In this document: in pieces, positions 62,376-64,000 of the stretch | Layout: each line of letters begins with the position of its first letter | Numbering within the stretch: position 1 is the first letter of the stretch | Assembly: GCA_945903545.1 (NCBI GenBank) | Contig: CAMDOO010000005.1 | Location: 5,915 to 69,914 of the forward strand | Direction: 5' to 3' | DNA: 64,000 nucleotides | Origin: Opitutus sp. GAS368 | GTDB taxonomy: Bacteria > Verrucomicrobiota > Verrucomicrobiia > Opitutales > Opitutaceae | Translations under genes and position numbers: made by a program | Notes under the pieces: generated by a model | What the model saw: the letters and a program-made list of their open reading frames with translations, nothing else | The model's database searches: none | What the model was told of the DNA's origin: nothing

Positions 62376-62527
62376 CGGCCGCAGCCTCCCGCCGGCTCAA
62401 ATGGGGACAGCCCCCAGTTTTCCCGCGGATTTCGCGGATCAGCCCGGATGTTTCCGAACCATCCGCGATCATCCGCGAAATCCGCGGTAAGGTTTGTTTC
62501 TGCTGTCTTGGAAATCATGGCTGCTGC

Positions 62528-63610
62528 TCATGGCTCCGGCGACACTTCACCATCCGCCACCCGGAAGATCCGCCAGTTGCCCAGCGTGGCATCGGGCAAC
62601 GCCGTGCCGGTCGCGATCACCTGCGATTCGGGATCGACCGCCTGCCAGAACTCCCGGCGGCGCGCGGCATCGAGTTCGCCCAAGACATCGTCGGCCAGCA
62701 GCACCGGCCGCACGCCGCTGCGCTCGTGGAACCACGCCGCCTGCGCCAGCTTCAGCGCCAGCACCAGCGAGCGCTGCTGTCCTTCGGAGCCATAGTCCTT
62801 CGCATCGCGACCGCCGAGGGTAAGCTCGAAATCGTCGCGGTGCGCCCCGCCGACCGTCGTGCGAAACATCCGGTCCCGGCCCCGGCTGGCCGCGAGCCGT
62901 GCCAGCAACGCTTCCGCATCCGGCTCCTCGTCGAAATCGGGCCGGTAAACCAGCGCCGGGCGCTCGGCTCCCGAAGCAATCCGTTCGTAGGCCTTCGCGA
63001 GGTGGGCGCCGAGCGTCGCAATCACGGCCGACCGCCGTGCTATCAAATCCGCCGCCGCGGGCGCCAACGCGACCTCGAAGGCCTCCAACTCGGCATCGGA
63101 GGCGCCCTCCGACTTGAGCAGGCTGTTCCGGGCCTCGAGCGCCTTGTCGTAAGCCAGCAGGGCCCGCAGATAATCCGGCTCCATCGCGGCCGCTGCGACA
63201 TCGAGCCAGCGGCGCCGGCCGGCGGGCGACCCGCGCACCAGCTGCTGGTCCTGCGAGGAAAAGGCCACGGTCGGGAATCGCCCGATGAAGTCCGCCAGCT
63301 TCGCCACCCGGGTGTCGTCGCACCACACTTCCTTCCCGTCCCGGCGCAGCGTGATGCTGACCTTCGCCGTTCCCACCCGCTCGTGGTCCAGCTCGCAGAT
63401 CAGCGCCGCCGCGGGCTGATTGTGCATCAGGAGGAGGCGGTTGTCGGGCGTCCGGAACGACCGCAGCGCCGTCAGCAGTCCGACCGCCTCCAGCAGGTTC
63501 GTCTTCCCCTGCCCGTTGCCGCCGACAAAGCAGACCAGGCGCCCGGAAAACTCCAGCCGCGTCAGCGTCACGTTGCGGAAATGCCGGAGATTGAGCGAAC
63601 GCAGACGCAT
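62528..63610 (-). CDS. recF: DNA replication and repair protein RecF
   Basis: '[30 protein letters not shown]', '[16 protein letters not shown]', and '[11 protein letters not shown]'. An alternative ATG lies 7 codons upstream, at 63631. Confidence 0.9.
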   Translation of the reverse strand: MRLRSLNLRHFRNVTLTRLEFSGRLVCFVGGNGQGKTNLLEAVGLLTALRSFRTPDNRLLLMHNQPAAALICELDHERVGTAKVSITLRRDGKEVWCDDTRVAKLADFIGRFPTVAFSSQDQQLVRGSPAGRRRWLDVAAAAMEPDYLRALLAYDKALEARNSLLKSEGASDAELEAFEVALAPAAADLIARRSAVIATLGAHLAKAYERIASGAERPALVYRPDFDEEPDAEALLARLAASRGRDRMFRTTVGGAHRDDFELTLGGRDAKDYGSEGQQRSLVLALKLAQAAWFHERSGVRPVLLADDVLGELDAARRREFWQAVDPESQVIATGTALPDATLGNWRIFRVADGEVSPEP

Positions 63611-63829
63611 GGGATCGTCATTCCTTACCATGACTCAGCCCGTGGCGAATGCATTTAAAAACCCGGCTTTAACCGCAGATTCGGACCCCTGTCGCTTCGC
63701 TCGGTAACGCCGATGGGGCAGATTGGTCTCGATCCGTAAAGTGGCCCTGCGCGGGAGCGCAGTGAGGATTGGTCTCCTGAAATTTTTATCGCGGCGCTAT
63801 GCCCGGCGCCCTTTGCTGGCCGGGTGGCC

Positions 63830-64000
63830 ATGAACTTCGATGCCTCCCTCGCCGAGACCGTCCGCACGTTCCAGTCGCTGGCTACGATCCGACCTGAGAT
63901 CGACGCGGCCGCGAAACTGATCCTGAGCACGCTGCGGCACGACAAAAAACTGCTGATCTGCGGCAACGGCGGCAGCGCCGCCGAGGCCCAGCACTTTGCC
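63830..64000 (+). CDS. SIS-domain protein (phosphoheptose isomerase GmhA/DiaA-like), 5' partial at window end
   Basis: ATG 63830, open to the window end. 'MNFDASLAETVRTFQSLATIRPEIDAAAKLILSTLRHDKKLLICGNGGSAAEAQHFA'. Confidence 0.7.
   Translation, partial: MNFDASLAETVRTFQSLATIRPEIDAAAKLILSTLRHDKKLLICGNGGSAAEAQHFA

Noticed and set aside
1-64000. Possible CRISPR array, given the many short palindromic repeats.
   Set aside because: The repeats belong to several unrelated families, are scattered one or two per spacer between genes, and are never arranged as regularly spaced direct repeats. No cas genes are present.

Overview
A 64-kb, GC-rich chromosomal segment, roughly 65% GC by eye. Gene content and the style of the intergenic palindromes suggest a Verrucomicrobiota (Opitutaceae-like) genome; this is inference only, and no database search was possible. 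I call 58 CDS and one probable pseudogene from motif recognition in the supplied ORF translations, with start codons checked against the nucleotide sequence. Most of the window is housekeeping: plsY-hom-lysC-thrC, serA, prfA-prmC, zwf-opcA-pgl, coaE-rho, rpmB, ruvC, recF, dinB, menD, an RpoD-family sigma factor, and an ECF sigma/anti-sigma pair. I saw no rRNA, tRNA, CRISPR array, transposase, integrase or phage genes, and no clear-cut new defence system. Accessory-like content: (1) a VapBC toxin-antitoxin pair with a palindromic operator; (2) a translationally coupled glycan-modification operon (flippase, three methyltransferases, a ParB-fold protein, a GT8-like transferase); (3) four GspE/PilB/PilT-type secretion ATPases, one of them fused to a GAF domain, with no pilin, platform protein or secretin in the window; (4) a roughly 49% GC islet holding an orphan 60-aa ORF. 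The observations most worth a second look are these. A four-helix-bundle gene sits in a cassette bounded by 30-bp heptad-periodic inverted repeats, wedged between lysC and thrC, and gene-less hairpins of the same architecture occur at three other sites. Near-identical 27-nt REP-like units are inserted in frame in the N-terminal domain of one GspE-like ATPase, which has also lost its tetracysteine motif. Twin AT-rich 19-bp palindromes lie in front of an SNF2 helicase gene. A class-B J-protein gene carries an in-frame TAA at codon 8 and has HQPD in place of HPD. Rho has an N-terminal extension of about 190-220 aa rich in G, Q, P and R. Almost every intergenic spacer holds one of several palindromic repeat families.
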